DNA of 64,000 nt from Octopus vulgaris (GCA_951406725.2 OX597832.1:1798001-1862000); one strand, 5' to 3'; counted from the first letter of the stretch, positions 12,522 to 26,589 are shown. Numbers and translations are program-made. Notes: a model not told the origin generated them from the letters alone.

Positions 12522-13149
12522 TCCAGTATTAAAAATTCATGAAATTCTCATTATTTATTTCATATTAGTTCTATTGGTTTCCTAGTGTATTGCATAATTG
12601 AAAACTTGGTAGACGGACACATTGAGGGTTAACTATCTCTAACATAAAAGCAGCTCAATATTAATAACGGAATAGGAACATATTAATCCAGAAAACAACA
12701 ACCGATTAAAATATCGACATCATCTGTCAGTCATAAGGATGACATACTCGCTATAAGACTGACAATTGAATGTAAAAGTAGTGGAAAGTAGTGGAATAAG
12801 GTGATTTCAGACATTAACCCAATGGCTAGCAATATGTGGTTGTATTTATTTTTTGAAAGGCAGTTGAAACAAGTTGTAATCATGCCAATAGTTAACAACA
12901 TGCCTTTTAACAAATGATAAAGCCACCATGTCTTGACTTCAATTAAATCTTGCCAGTTTTCAGTTTCCACACTGTTTCTGCTATCGTAATTTAGTTTTCT
13001 TCTCCTGGGTCTTCAGAATTGTTTTCTAGTTGACGGAATTTCTAATTATTGTTAAGTTATCTATCTCCCCCTGGGCAGATATCTTTATACGTCCATTATC
13101 TGCAATTATCTCTTAGCCAAAAGAATATTACTAATCTTTCGTTTTGTTA

Positions 13150-13216
<67 letters not shown>

Positions 13217-14619
13217 CACACATAAACATATATGCACGCACGGACTCGTGAACGCGAACACATACACACACACACACATACACACACACTCCCCAGGGTT
13301 GTTTTTTTATGATAATTCTTATTTCCGTCATTATCTTTTTCTCTGCGTCACCGCTGATGTTCCATTTTTCCATTCTAGTTCTCACCACAGTATTTTCTAC
13401 GTCTTTGTATCTCTTCATGATTTTATCTTCTTTATTCTAGCTCTTCTGCCTTATTCATTTATTTAGTTTTGCTGGATTCAGTCATTGAAGTTTAGGTGTT
13501 ACCATGACTGCACAGGAGAAGCGCATAAAAGAGTTGCAGATTGACAAGTTTTGTCGTGACCCAGTACTCTGCCTGATACTTATTTAAGTGACAATCTCAC
13601 GCCAATACATATACAAACGCAAGCATACAAACGCACGCGCACGCACATGGAAGATATGCAGTAATCTTCAGGATATTTTACGGCCACCTAATTTCATTTG
13701 CAAATTATTTTTATTATTCCAGGTCTATTGTAAAAGATTATGCATAACTACAAAAACATTACCTATATTTCTTTCTAATTTTCCTCTTCACCAATTTTTT
13801 ATCTCGTCTCTTACTTGCACTTTTTTCTTCATCACTCTATTATACAGTTTCTCTTTCATTATTCCATACATCATTCTCCATTCTACATCTTATAAGTCTC
13901 ACGGAGTGCTTGTTCACCAAATTCTTTGCACTCAACAAAATACAAAGGGATTCTTCAGAGAAAATATTGCAAGTCTTAGAGAATGTATTATAGGGATGTG
14001 CAGGTTTTTTATTTATTTCATAGACTATTTTGTGCTATTTATTCTCCAGGGCAGGTCAGCCAGCGACGTGAAATGTCTCTTATTAATGTTTTTGAATGAA
14101 TGTCGCAACAGGGTTTCGTTACCCGTTTTTTAAGGAAGCTGCTGTGGGTCCTATGTACATAAAAGCACCTGCTAGTGTACTCACTGAGCATCTGCATATT
14201 AGGTTTTTTTCCGCAGGCATTCGTTTTGCAAAGAATATGTGTTTTTGTTCCTGACACTACAATTGTACATCCCTCTTCTTTCCTCTGGATCGTAACGTGT
14301 CTCCCTTCTATTTTTAATTCTTACTTTATTGTTTCTGCCTTTATTATCATTTCACCCTATATTGCTTTCATTAACCTCAAAGCAAGAAATAAGAAATATT
14401 GCTCGTCACTGACCGACCTGGTCTAAAAGAAGATGGAGTCCAATATAGCATAACATGGTTTATAATAAAAGTTTTAAAAAACGCTCATCCTTATAATACA
14501 TTCTCTGACTTGCAAACTTTTCTCTGAAGAATCCTTTTACATATTTTCTTTACTGCAGCAAATTTGGTGAACAGGTACATTAACTGTACTTATAATATGA
14601 CGAAAAAGGGCATTTCAGT

Positions 14620-14802
14620 CTATGGTCACGCCTTATAAGACTATCGAGTGACATTCTGTGCCACACGGAATCTCTCTGAGAACTACATGAAACGTATGCG
14701 TGTCCGTGGAGTACTCAGCCATTTGCACGTTAATTTCACGAGCAGGCTATTCTGTTGATCGGATCCACTGGAATACACATTGTCGAAGCCGACGGAGTGC
14801 CA
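14620..14802 (+). mobile_element. Decayed 3' part related to SINE family B
   Basis: gagaactac..gtggagtactcagcca..cacgttaatttcacgagcaggct..ccgacggagtgc matches 11175-11298. Confidence 0.75.
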
Positions 14803-14805
14803 GTG

Positions 14806-14836
<31 letters not shown>

Positions 14837-16181
14837 TGTATGTATGTATGTATGTATGTATGTATGTATGTATGTATGTTTGTGTCAATATAAATTACGT
14901 TACATACGGGTTCGACATATTAGGATTAGAGTAGGAGCATTTGCCAAAAGTGTAGATATGTCTATATACAAATAGATATGTTATAGGATTTTATTCTCCA
15001 TGCATTATTTCGATCCCTTTTAATTTCTGCCTCTAGAAATAATTACTGAGAAGCATCGATGTGTAAACGTACAGATTATGCATGCATTTGGACATATGTA
15101 TGTGTGTGTACATGTGTTCATATATATATATACATATGTGTATATGTGTGCGCATGTTCGTGTGAGTGTGTTTGTGTGTATGTGTGTGTAATCTAGACTT
15201 CGGTGACCTAGTATTAAACATAATAAAGGAAACAAGTCGAAAAGTCTATTTATTTCACATAATTTCGAAGCTTTAAGTGCATTGTGCAGCCTAAAGACAT
15301 ATATTTTAGTACTTGAGATTTTAACATTCTTATTTTTATAACATTTCGCAAAAGAAAGTTAGTTCGTAATAATGAATGTAAAAAATAAAATGATGAAAGA
15401 CAAACATGATATAAATTGATTTTTCGCTCAGTATTTAAAATTTCAAAGTGGGCTGCGGATCATAAAGATGTACATTTTAGAACTTCAGATTTTAACACTG
15501 TTGTTTTTAAAGGATTTCGCAATAAAAAATATATTCTTAAAAATTTCGAAAATCTATGTAAAAGGCACACCCTAATGTCCATGTATTTCTTATTGGTGTA
15601 TTTTTTTCATTGTGTATTTTGTCTCTCAATGAACTGCTAGAATGTCACCTCAATCTAGTTATACATGATGAAACTAAATGAAATGGTGAGAAGATATAGC
15701 GACGAACTTGTTTAAAATGTCCCCATTAGGAACGCATTCTACAAGATAACTGACTGCACAACATCTCACATATGAGCTACAGGTGCGAGAATGAGACGAA
15801 ACAGTTGTAATGGTTTTGATAAAGAATCTCAGGAATTCCATTGTTTCTTATCTGTGTGTGTGTGTTTATGTTTATAATTATGTGCGTGCATGTATGTGTG
15901 TATGTTTGTGTATATATATGTATGTAGGAGGTGTATGCATGTATATATTATGCAAATCACATCGTAAATCACAGAAACAGAAATTCATTAAAATATTTCA
16001 AATCCTAGCAGAGGTTGAAAGAAGACTTTAAACACATTTCTTCTCTGTTGTCGATGTTCATGAAAAACTGGCGTGGATCACCTGACGATCAGTTTTACGA
16101 TTCGTTGAGCGTTCTTTAAGAAGGATGTACCCAGTTTCCTTTCCAAATCAAGAATATAGAATATATGTACATGTGTGTATA

Positions 16182-16235
<54 letters not shown>

Positions 16236-16979
16236 AAATACAATACATGTTGTGTATATGCATATATATATGTGTGTGTGTGCGCTCATATGCGAGAGGA
16301 ACTTTTGCACTGTTTTCGTCAACGAAATTCCTTTGACTAAATATTAATTAAAATAATGCAACAGTATGTAGAAAATGTTTGTGCTCTGCGAAATACTTGA
16401 CTACAAAACCATATCTGCAAAGACGAATTTCGTTTTCATAGCTAGAAAACTAATGCAGCTTGAACATTTGTTAGCCTAAACAAAGAAAGAATGGGTCAAA
16501 ATTCAACTACGTTAGAAAAAAAAGACAGACAGGATTCGAATTCCTTTAATAAATATCATAAACTCCACAATTTACCGCCGTTCTGTCGATAATATTTCAC
16601 CTTGGGTTGCTTTAGCTTCTGTTTAATTGGGAAATGTAGTCATATGCATCAACGTAGCGTTCAACGATGTGCTTTATTCTCTCAATGAAGATATTTAAAA
16701 TCAATTAGTCATCATTGTTTCTCTGGAAACATTATCGAAATTAGAATAATTATTACATTTAGACTTCTAGCGTTTTCTCCTTAAACAAATAACTGATTCA
16801 TTTTATTAGAAATCTTATAAGCTGCAGTGTATAAATTGCGGTGTAGTAACACAGTTACTGGTTTCAGTCATTAGACAACGGCCATACTGGTATATTCGGT
16901 CATAACTATATCAAAACTAATTTCCTCCTGCTACTTAAATATTTATTTTTATCACGTGGGTAAGTTTCAATCACCATCA

Positions 16980-17575
16980 TTATTATTCGGTAGTCTTATT
17001 TCTAGCACGACCTTCACACTGCACTACTGAGCACTGTTTTGCGTGCCTTAGGTTTAAACCGTGGTTTATTTTGGTCACATTTTCACTATATTGAAAGTGT
17101 TCTATGTAGGATGTGTGCTATTTTTTGTATATTATATATATTTATAAGTCCTGGTGTTTTGGTTATCTGTATGCTTTTAATCATACCTAATGCAGCTGTT
17201 ATACTAGAGATTCTTTCTGTTTCTAGGCTCCACATTCGGTTATCTCTATTTCTCCGTTTCTTTTATTGATACATCGATTAGAAAGCAGTTATTTTTTTTT
17301 AATGATCTCTGACAACTACGTATATACGGTCTGTTAGCCTTCATCTCTCTGTCTGTGTGTATCTGCATATCTCAGAGTATGGTTGCTTTGTCATTTTCCT
17401 AAAACTTTTCTGGGATATGCCTATACCATCTTTTTTTCTCTTGTTATTCCATAGAGTTGGCATAGCTTCCAGTGTATATAGGTCCAAACTCTGTCATGTC
17501 AGTGGATATATTCCTTCTTAGCCAGGATTGGGCATCCAGAGACAATATGAATAGTTGTTCCTTTCCCATCACTAC
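16980..17575 (-). mobile_element. Older 3' fragment of an R4/Dong-like non-LTR element (RLE domain and 3' UTR)
   Basis: Colinear with, but diverged from, 17777-18410. Same 3' end (attattc(g/a)gtag). Confidence 0.8.
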
Positions 17576-17755
17576 ATATAGTAAGCAGTGGCGGTTTGGG
17601 GCTACCTTGTCGTGTCTACGCTTGTACTCTTTCTGCGCAAGATTTTCATAAGCACTAATAATGTGAGTCACGCTTTTGATCCTCTTCCCATACATTCGGC
17701 AGAGGTTCGTTGCACTTGTGTGGAATATATTCTTTTTCACTGAGTTCGTATTCAA
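17576..17755 (-). mobile_element. R4-like zinc-knuckle fragment from a different subfamily
   Basis: TNSVKKNIFHTSATNLCRMYGKRIKSVTHIISAYENLAQKEYKRRHDKVA, a decayed CCHC and RHD motif. Confidence 0.75.
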
Positions 17756-17776
17756 TTATTATTATTATTATTATTC

Positions 17777-19310
17777 AGTAGTTTTATTTTTATAGCGTGC
17801 TTTCACTTCACTACCGAGCGCAGCTCTGTGTGCCTTGGGTATGTGCTGTGATTTGTTGTGATGCTCTGATGGTTATTGTATGGAAAGTGGTCTGCGTAGG
17901 ATGTGTGCAGTGCCTAGTAGTACAATTTTCTGTATGTTATATGTGTTTGTAAGTCCCGGTGTTTTTGTTATGTATTTGTCTGAATATTTTTTTATCATGC
18001 CTAATGCACCTACTATGATAGGGATTGTTTCTGTTTTTAGATTCCACATTCTGGTTACCTCTATTTCCAGGTCTTTGTATTTTGAAAGTTTCTCCATTTC
18101 TTTTAGAGACACGTTGTCATCTGCCGGTATTGATACATCAATTAGAAAGCATTTTTTTCTTCATGATCTCTGACAACTATATCTGGTCTGTTGGCCTTAA
18201 TTTCTCTATCTGTGTGTATCGGCATATCCCAGAGTATGGTTGCTTTCTCGTTTTCTGTGACCTTTTCTGGTGTGTGCCTATACCATCTTTTTTCTGTTGT
18301 TATTCCATAATGTTGGCATAGCTTCCAATGTATGTAGGTTCTAACTCTGTCATGTCTGTGAGTATATTCCTTCTTAACCAGGACTGGGCAGCTAGAGATA
18401 ATATGATTTATTGTTTCTTGTCCATCTCCACATATTCTGCAGTTACATGTTATATTTCTTTTCATTACCTGTTTTTGGTAATTTCTGGTGGGGAGGCTTT
18501 GGTCTTGTGCTGCAATTAAAAATCCCTCTGTCTCTGCTTTGAGTCCTGAGCTTCTCAACCATTGCTGGGATTTTTCTTTGTCTATTTCTTTTGCGTTTAG
18601 TTTAGTGCAGTATTTACCATGAAGGGGCTTTTCTTGCCATCGTTTTATCATGGCTCGTTGCTGTTCTATTTTTAGTTTGGATTTCATTTGTTTTATAGCT
18701 TTTGTTGTTTCTTCTTCTTCTTCTTCTTCTTCTTCTTCTTCTTCTTCTTCTTCTTCTTCTTCTTCTTCTTCTTCTTCTTCTTCTTCATATTTGTTAGGTG
18801 GTATGATTTCTTGTTTGTATTTGTCAGCTTCCTTAAATACTGAGAACAGTTTTTTGTTTTGCTCGTGTTTTGCCGCTATTTGTATCAGTTTTCCTTCCTT
18901 CTGAAGTAGATATTTTTGCAGTCCTATGGTGGTTATTTTATAGTAGTTTTCCAGCTGTATAAGGCCTCTACCACCTTCTATACGTCTTTCTATGTCAGAT
19001 TTTGGGTGATGCATCCTAGATCCTGTCATTATTTTTCTTGTTTTCCTATCTATTTTGGTCAGTTCATTTAGTGTCCAGTTAAGGATATTGTAGCTGTAAC
19101 TTATAACTGGGACAGCTAAAGTGTTAATACCTATTATCTTGTTTTTGCATTGAGCTCTGTTTTTAGTATTGATCTAACTCGTCTATAATATTCTTTTTTT
19201 ATTTTCTCTTTCATTTGTGTGTATTGTGTCTTATCTAGTTCATGAACTGTCTTTAATAGTGTTTCCAGCTGTTTGTCATTTGCAGCATATAGTTTTAGGT
19301 CATCGTAATT
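17777..19310 (-). mobile_element. R4/Dong-like non-LTR retrotransposon 3' half (RT end, CCHC, restriction-like endonuclease) ending in (TAA)n
   Basis: DDLKLYAANDKQL at about 19240-19302. ORF 18142-19029 has GRGLIQLE, KPLHGKY, ETEGFLIAAQDQSL, CRICGDGQETINHIISSC, RHD and NRPDIVV. It continues by frameshift into EKLSKYKDL..IPIIVGALG. (ATT)n at 17756-17776. Confidence 0.92.
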
Positions 19311-19709
19311 TTCAATGGGAATCGGTTTGTTTCTTGTCCCAGTTATTCATGTTCATCTTCATACTTTGTATGCATTATATCCCAAGAACAAATTCTCCCA
19401 TTAAATTTGATCCAATTAGTTCAATTAGTATTTGTAATGCTTGGTATGTTTATGTTGGGCAAGGAATCGATCTAGTGCTGATATGATCTCAATTTCCTTA
19501 ATTTCTTTACACTTGTTATCAAATCAGTGGCCAAAACTAACGCTTGTACTACATTAAGCATATAAGATAGTGATCATTATTATAAGAAATTTATTTAATA
19601 CTTACATTGTTTTCCTTTAACTTTTCATCATTGTGTAGGATTTGATTCATTGTTATTCTTATTCATGTTAATAGACATTTTTAAAATTGTTGTGACCAAG
19701 GAAAAGGTT

Positions 19710-19961
19710 ATCTTTTATCTTTTACTTGTTTGAGTCATTTGTCTGCAGCCATGCTGGTGCACTGCCACAAAGGCTTTTAGTCGTACAAATCAACCCCAGA
19801 ACTTATTCTTTGTAAGCCTAGGACTTATTCTATCGGTCTCTTTTTTTAGCCGAAACGCAAATGTTACGGGGGCGTAAACACACCAGAATCGGTTGTCAAG
19901 CGATGTTCCGGGGACAAATACAGACACACAAACAACCACTCACACACACACACACACACAT

Positions 19962-20027
<66 letters not shown>

Positions 20028-20181
20028 GACGGGCTTCTTTCAGTTTCCGTCTATCAAATCCACTCACAAGGCTTTGGTCGGCCCGAGGCAATAGTAGAAG
20101 ACACTTGCCCAAAATATCAGGCCGTGGGACTGAACCCGAAACCATGTAGTTGGTAAGCAAGCAACTTACCACACAGCCACA
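19710..20181 (-). mobile_element. Full-length SINE family A
   Basis: Homologous to 11407-11800, with an expanded internal (CA)n(TA)n. Confidence 0.9.
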
Positions 20182-20830
20182 TAACAATATCTTGAAATAC
20201 TAAAGAGTAAATTTATTCAATAAAATCCCCATTCGCTTCAACCACGGCCTCCAGACAACTTTGGAATCTCCTGCAACTCTTCTGGATGGTTTCCTTGTTT
20301 AAGTTGGTGAATGCTGCATTAATCCTAGCCTTCAGTTCATCTTTGCTGCTACAATGAGTTTTGCTGGTCTCTCGCTCAGTTGCACCCCACACATAATAAA
20401 GGAGTTGCAGTCTGGGGAGTTAGGTGGCCAGATATTAGGGGTGGTGTGTCGCAGAAACTGCGTGAAAGCCATGATTGGGTGCTCCTGCTTGTGCGGCATG
20501 ATACAGAGTCTTGTTGCCAGACATAGGGTCTTCCAGCAGCTACCCTTTTGACTCAGGGCTGCAATATTTCCTCCAAGCACTGGATGTAGACTTCCTTGTT
20601 GAGTGTGAGGTCGTGTGGGAAGATGAATGGAGGCATAACTTCACAATCACTAGCGATCACTCCAAACACTATGATGTTGACTGGATGCTTGAGTTTTATC
20701 ACTCTTGGTACATGTTTGGGGGGCTCAGATTGACACCAACAATCTGAAATGTTCGTATTGGAGTTTCCAGCGCGAATGCTAAGCAGTGTAGCATGTCTTT
20801 TCTAAATGTCTGGCAAAGTGAATTACGTCT
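20182..20830 (-). mobile_element. Internally deleted maT-like (DD37D) transposon copy, TIRs lost
   Basis: Reverse complement of about 25740-26383. Contains WPPNSPDC and shares the internal deletion. Confidence 0.85.
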
Positions 20831-20915
20831 GTTTTTCTCACAGACAGTGCCCAACTGACCCTATTACTATTGTGACGAATGGAACATATCTTCTCGGATA
20901 TACGATCCAATGTCG

Positions 20916-21003
<88 letters not shown>

Positions 21004-21006
<3 letters not shown>

Positions 21007-21146
21007 ACGGGCTTCCGTCTACCAAATTCACTCACAAGGCTTTGGTCGGTCCGAGGCTATAGTAAAAGACACTTCCCTAGGGTTCCACGCAGTGGGCCTG
21101 AACCCGAAACCATTGATTGAGAAACATGTTTCTTACCACACAGCCA
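21004..21146 (-). mobile_element. SINE family A, 5' head only
   Basis: ttccgtctaccaaattcactcacaaggctttggtcgg...cttaccacacagcca adjoining (TA)n. Confidence 0.8.
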
Positions 21147-21350
21147 TTAGAAATATATTTTTGAAAATAAATGCGATACAATGATACTCTGATAGTTCCT
21201 ATTTTTATTACTTTTCCTTCTACATACTAAATTGTGTGTCATATACACAACATATGTAATAAGGATTTTTTACTTAGATACACTCACATCCGCCCGCAAA
21301 TTCAAACACTTGCACACATGCACAGACATAGAAAAGGACACTCAGATATA

Positions 21351-22525
21351 TCAGGTCATCCCATAAGTTCTGTCCGAATTTTGAATAAAGAAAACAAGTC
21401 ATCAAATGTTAGAACTCTGAAATGTCAGTTTCGACCTCCTCCTGGCTTGCGAAAGTTATGTCCCCCCAAATGACTCTGTGAACTACGAAACAAATGGTAG
21501 TCTGAAGGAGCAAGGTCGGGAGAATAAGGTGGATGAGGAATTTTTTCCCAACCAAGCTCTTCGATTTTCTGTAATGTGATCTTTGCATTGAGGCATCGTC
21601 CATTGTCCTGATGAAACATCACTGCTTTTCGATTCACTAAAGCAGGTCTTTTTTTCTTCAAAGCTTGGTTCAAACAGTTCTAATTACTGACAGTAGACTT
21701 GAGAATTGATTGTTGTATTAGGTGGTAACAATTCAAAGTGAACTACTCCTTTGCAATCCCACCACATAGAGAGAAGAACCTTCTTTCTATGAAGTTCCCT
21801 TCTCGGTTGTGGTTGAGTCTTTTCCCTTTTACCAAGCCTCTGTTTACGACGTTTAACATTTCGATAAGAACATCCATTATTCGTCACCAGTCACAAATCT
21901 ATCGAAAAAGGGTGAAATGAGTTCGCGAGAATGGAGAGAAGAGCAGATGTCAACTCGTGGTTTGCGGTTGCTTTCGGACAATTCATGAGGCAGCCATTTT
22001 TCAAGTTTAGGAACCTTTCCAAGTTGTTGAAGATGACGATGAACAGTTGTATGACTTGAACTAAGCTTTATTGCCAATTCTTCAACTGATAATGCAGGAT
22101 TTTCTTCAAGTAATGCCTCAGTGAGCTTATCATCTAACTAAACTGGACGTCCTGTTCGATCTTCATCTTCAAGGTTGAAATCTCCACTTCTGAATTTTGC
22201 ATGCCATCTTCTGCAAGTTCTTTCATTCAAGCATTATTTCCTATAAATTGAGTGTATGTTTCGAGTCGCTTCGGCTGCAGAGTTTCCTTTTTTGTACTCA
22301 TAAAGCATTAAGTGCCTTAAATGCTCTTTGGATACTTCCATGTTAGAAAGGGTTTTAATCAAATAAATTTTAATTCTATTATTCTGTAAAATAATATTTA
22401 ATTAGTTTAGATGTACACAAATGCATAAAAATAATTTTCAATTTCATTAGACATTCTAAAAGACTATTAAATTTCATTTAGCTTTAAAAAAGGTAAAATC
22501 GGACAGAACTTATGGGATGACCTGA
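21351..22525 (-). mobile_element. Mariner (DD34D) with both TIRs, TA TSD, stops and a deletion of the ORF 3' end
   Basis: TIR tcaggtcatcccataagttctgtccga at both ends. Motifs WLPHELS, FVTGDE, WWDCKGVVHFELL, HQDN..HPPYSPDLAPSDYHLF. Confidence 0.95.
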
Positions 22526-23439
22526 TATGTATATCGGAACATGTTTTTTAACAACTCACTTCAGAGCATCCAAACCGCATTTCACAGTTTCGAAGACCGC
22601 TGACTTCAAAACAAAAATTACTGAGAATGGAGTCTAAAACTAGTGCGAATGTTTGCAGCATAGTGAAATCTGCTAAAGGCAAGAAAAGACCAATAAAAAG
22701 TTCATACATGCATGCATGTGTATGTGCGTGTATGTGTGTGTGTGTGAAAGAGAGAGAGAGAGTGAAAGAGAGAGAGAGGGAGAGAGAGTGAAAGAGAGAG
22801 AGTGAAAGAGAGAGAGAGAGAGAGTGAAAGAGAGGGATTGAAAAAAAGAGAGGAATTGAAAAAAGAGAGAGATTGAAAGAAATAGAGGGAAAGAGAGTGA
22901 GAGAATAAACAAGGAGTTTTCGTCAACTGACGTAATGAAATAGGCATGCACTATGGATGCTCACTTTGGTTTACCACTAAAACTCCGACTTGAACTGCCT
23001 CTGAAAAATGTGGTCTTGAGACTACCTATAGAATGCAGCTAGAAGTGGTTTCCCCTTGAGTGGATGGATATAGATTAAAATTGAGAAAGAAAAAGCCAAA
23101 CATTTGGCATCACTCGAAAAAACATTTAATTTATTTAGAGAAGATAAATAGTTTCTTACAGCTGTTTCTAGAATAGCCAAGCATGTGGAACATGATATTG
23201 CGTAAGGATTCCATAAGCTAAATAATCCATCATCGTAGAGAGAGAGAAAGAGAAAGAGAGGTCAGAAAAATATAAAAATTAAGAAATATCCCAAATTGAG
23301 GATATTAGTACTTTCTAGTATGTCGAAAGATGAAGGAAGGATCATAGTGAAATGTGTATGCGTCTGCTCTAGGGCTATTGACAAAAGCTGGCCACTAGTG
23401 TTAATGAGGCTAACAAGACTTTTAAAGTTTCATCTGGAA

Positions 23440-25500
23440 GAAGAAGAAATCGTGATTCTGGACACTCGCTGAAGGCCATTTTATCCGAGTTTTGAGAGAT
23501 CTTTCTTTTGAAGGTTGAGAGGAAAGTCTTTTGGGCAATCATTGCCAAAAGGTTAACATCATATCTCTTGGTCAACGAGTGCATCGACACGAGTGTCCAG
23601 AAGGAAGGAGTCCCAAGCTACTTTGGATCCCTTGAACACACATCAGCGATCAGCTGTTTCATTGAGGAAGCAAAGAGGAACAAATCACTCTCCATTGTAT
23701 TGTTGGATCTTACCAAAGCGTACCCAGATGTATCTTACCAGCTATTATGAACTGCATTGGAGTACTATCAAGTATCAACAGAAGTAGTCGGCCTCATAAT
23801 GTCCCACATGGATTAGTTGAGGATGAGCATTATGGCATGGTGCACAATTTCTGAAGTGTTGTTTGTGGTGGCCATGAACTTGCTGCTAGAGATAGCAGGA
23901 AAGCAAGTCGAAAGGTTCCGAAACTGACGGAAACACAGGAAATACAGTTTGCAAGACATTCATGGACGACAATGGTTATGATACTATCAATCGAAGGAGC
24001 ACAGTGGACAGAGAACTCGCTGAGAAAGATGGCCTCATGGACACGCTTGAAGTTCAACCCAGCGAAATTTCAGAGCCCAAATATCCTTAAAGAAAAGCTG
24101 ACAAATGACATCTTTAGTATTCAGGGCTCTGGGATTCTGACGCACCAAAAAAAGGAGTCCCACACTCTTAAGAACATTGGCAATACTGAAGACACAAAAC
24201 TCAACTAGATAACTGGCAAGGGGCATTTGAAAAAAGTCAGCTTCTTGAAAAGTTCAAAGTATGGTGCTTTCCGTATGGCATCACACCCAGACTACACTGG
24301 CCGTTTTTATTTTACAACTTTGCCTTGACACGAATAGAGGCAATGGAGAGGCCGTGTAGAAGGTTTGTGTGAAATTGGCTGGGCGTTCCCCCAAATTTCA
24401 GTTCATTCAATCTGTACTGCAAGACCTCTAGGCTCCGCCTATCAGTTTCATCAATGGTAACGGAATTCGATGCTACGAAAGCAAGAGCATCACCACGTTT
24501 GAGGACGAGAAAATCAGACACTCCAACAAAACCATTAAGTGCGGTACAAGACTGAATCCCCAAGTTGTGAAGTAAGCAGTGAAGTACTCGAAACACCAGG
24601 AGATTTTTGGTATAGTCTGTCAAGAATGGCTAGGGCTTGGCAGTTACAGCATCTGAGACTCAAAAGAGGCGTATCGCCAGGTGAAAGCAGTATGAGTTGC
24701 CCACCAGTGTCAATGGATACCGTGCGATCAAGCAAAGAAGCACCCACTGGAAGAAGGAGGATATAAGTGGAGATATGACAAGATCTTTGCAAAAATTGTC
24801 AGGTGGACTGATCTGCAAAGAGTGAAGACTAATCAACAGCATCCACCAGCACCAAAGGGTGTCAAATTCCTAAAGTAGAGCGAGAAAGATCTCTAGGCGA
24901 AAGCAGTGGTAGGAAAGCTGTTTTCTATTTTACGTTCAACCTCAGACTAGGAGATGCAGGTGGCAGACTTATCTTCCAAGAGTAGTAACATTACTCCGAC
25001 TAGATATGTTCCTGCTCTCCAGAAACTCAAAAACAAGCATTGTGGTCGAACTTGCAGTGTCCTGGAAAGACGGACTAAATATTTCCAGCTAAAGAAAACG
25101 ATAAATCGGAACTTAGTCGACGAGGCTCTTGTCAAGGGATGGCATACATCTTCATTCTCCACTGAAGTCGGCTGCGGCGGCATTTTAGCTGATTTAGTAA
25201 GAGAGGTTTGGAACCCAAATAATCGAAGAAAGACATCAAGTAGAGAGGCACGGCAGTTGAAACTAAGTCAACTATGGTTGGTAAGAGAGTGCATTAGGGA
25301 AATTAGCATGTAGACTAGAAACGTACTCCTATATTCATTATTATTTATCTTTTTACATCGTCATAATTTTCGGTTGGTAGTCTTCTGTAGGTGACGACTA
25401 GTTCACTCCTCACTACCCCACTCAGGCCAAGCGTACAGTCTAACGGGCGAAACGTTTGTGATCCTGAAATACCCATTGACCATACAGAAGTGTTTCCAGC
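23440..25500 (+). mobile_element. Heavily decayed HERO-like non-LTR retrotransposon (RT and RLE)
   Basis: KRLTSYLLVNECIDTSVQKEGVP..SLEHT..LDLTKAY; WTRLKFNPAKF; YKWRYD; LRLDMFLLSRNSKTSIVVELAVSWK (decayed RPD..ELTVPWE); GWHTSSFSTEVGCGG. Confidence 0.8.
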
Positions 25501-25682
25501 AATATAATAGATTTAGAAAAGCTTCCAAAACTATATGAGTAAATCCATATTTAATTCACCCACACGCATGTAGATAGGTGTGTGTGTGTGTGTGTGTGTG
25601 TTTGTGTACGTGCGTGTGTGCGCATATGTATGCGGAGGTATGTATTTGTATGCATGTGTATGTATGTCTATATTTATATGTA

Positions 25683-26472
25683 CAGGTTGCGATGGGTAAA
25701 TTGAAGCCATTTTATATTTTTAATTTCGCGCATGCGAAACTTCTTCCAGAAGTTTTGAAACAACATGCCGTACTGCTTGAATTTTGTGCTGGAAACTCCA
25801 ATACGAACATTTCGGAGTGTTGGTGTCAATCCGAGTCCTCAAAACATGTACTGAGAGTGATAAAAATCAATCATCCAGTCAACATCAAGGTGTTAGGAGT
25901 GATTACTAGCGATTGTGAAGTTATGCCTCCATTCATCTTCCCACACGGCCTCACACTCAACAAGGAAGCCTACATCAAGTGCTTGGAGGAAGTATTGCAG
26001 CCCTGGGTCAAAAGAGTAGCTGCTGGAAGACCCTATGTCTGGCAACAAGACTCTGTATCATGCCACACAAGCAGGAGCACCAAGTCATGGCCTTTACACA
26101 GTTTCTGCGACACACCACCCCTAATATCTGGCCACCTAACTCCCCAGACTGCAGCATCCTTGATTATTATGTGTGGGGTGCAACTGAGCGAGAGACCAGC
26201 AAAACTCATTGTAGCAGCAAAGATGAACTGAAGGCTAGGATTAATGCAGCATTCACCAACTTAAACAAGGAAACCATCCAGAAGAGTTGCAGGAGATTCC
26301 GAAGTTGTCTGGAGGCCGTGGTTGAAGCGAATGGGGATTTTATTGAATAAATTTACTCTTTAGTATTTCAAGATATTGTTATGTAATTTTGGTAAATATA
26401 TCTGTTAACGTCACTATCACTGTTACTTTCATTTTTGCGTAATTTAGACGACAATACATTCACCGCGCCCTG
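25683..26472 (+). mobile_element. Non-autonomous maT-like (DD37D) transposon with imperfect TIRs and TA TSD
   Basis: Ends TA|caggttgcgatgggtaaattg and caatacattcaccgcgccctg|TA. YVWQQDSVSCHT..NIWPPNSPDCSILDYYVWG has 37-residue spacing after correcting a 1-nt frameshift. Confidence 0.9.
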
Positions 26473-26538
26473 TATATATGTATATGTATATATATTTATA
26501 GGTCTGTATGCGTGTATACATATATACATACATACATA

Positions 26539-26589
<51 letters not shown>

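Noticed and set aside
12731-12970. Membrane-protein-like 79-aa ORF
   Set aside because: Non-ATG start, no recognisable domain or clear splice sites. Hydrophobicity is expected from T-rich sequence.
13588-14426. 181-aa ORF and neighbours
   Set aside because: Low-complexity F/I/L composition, with only a vague resemblance to a decayed retroelement ORF1 on the opposite strand.
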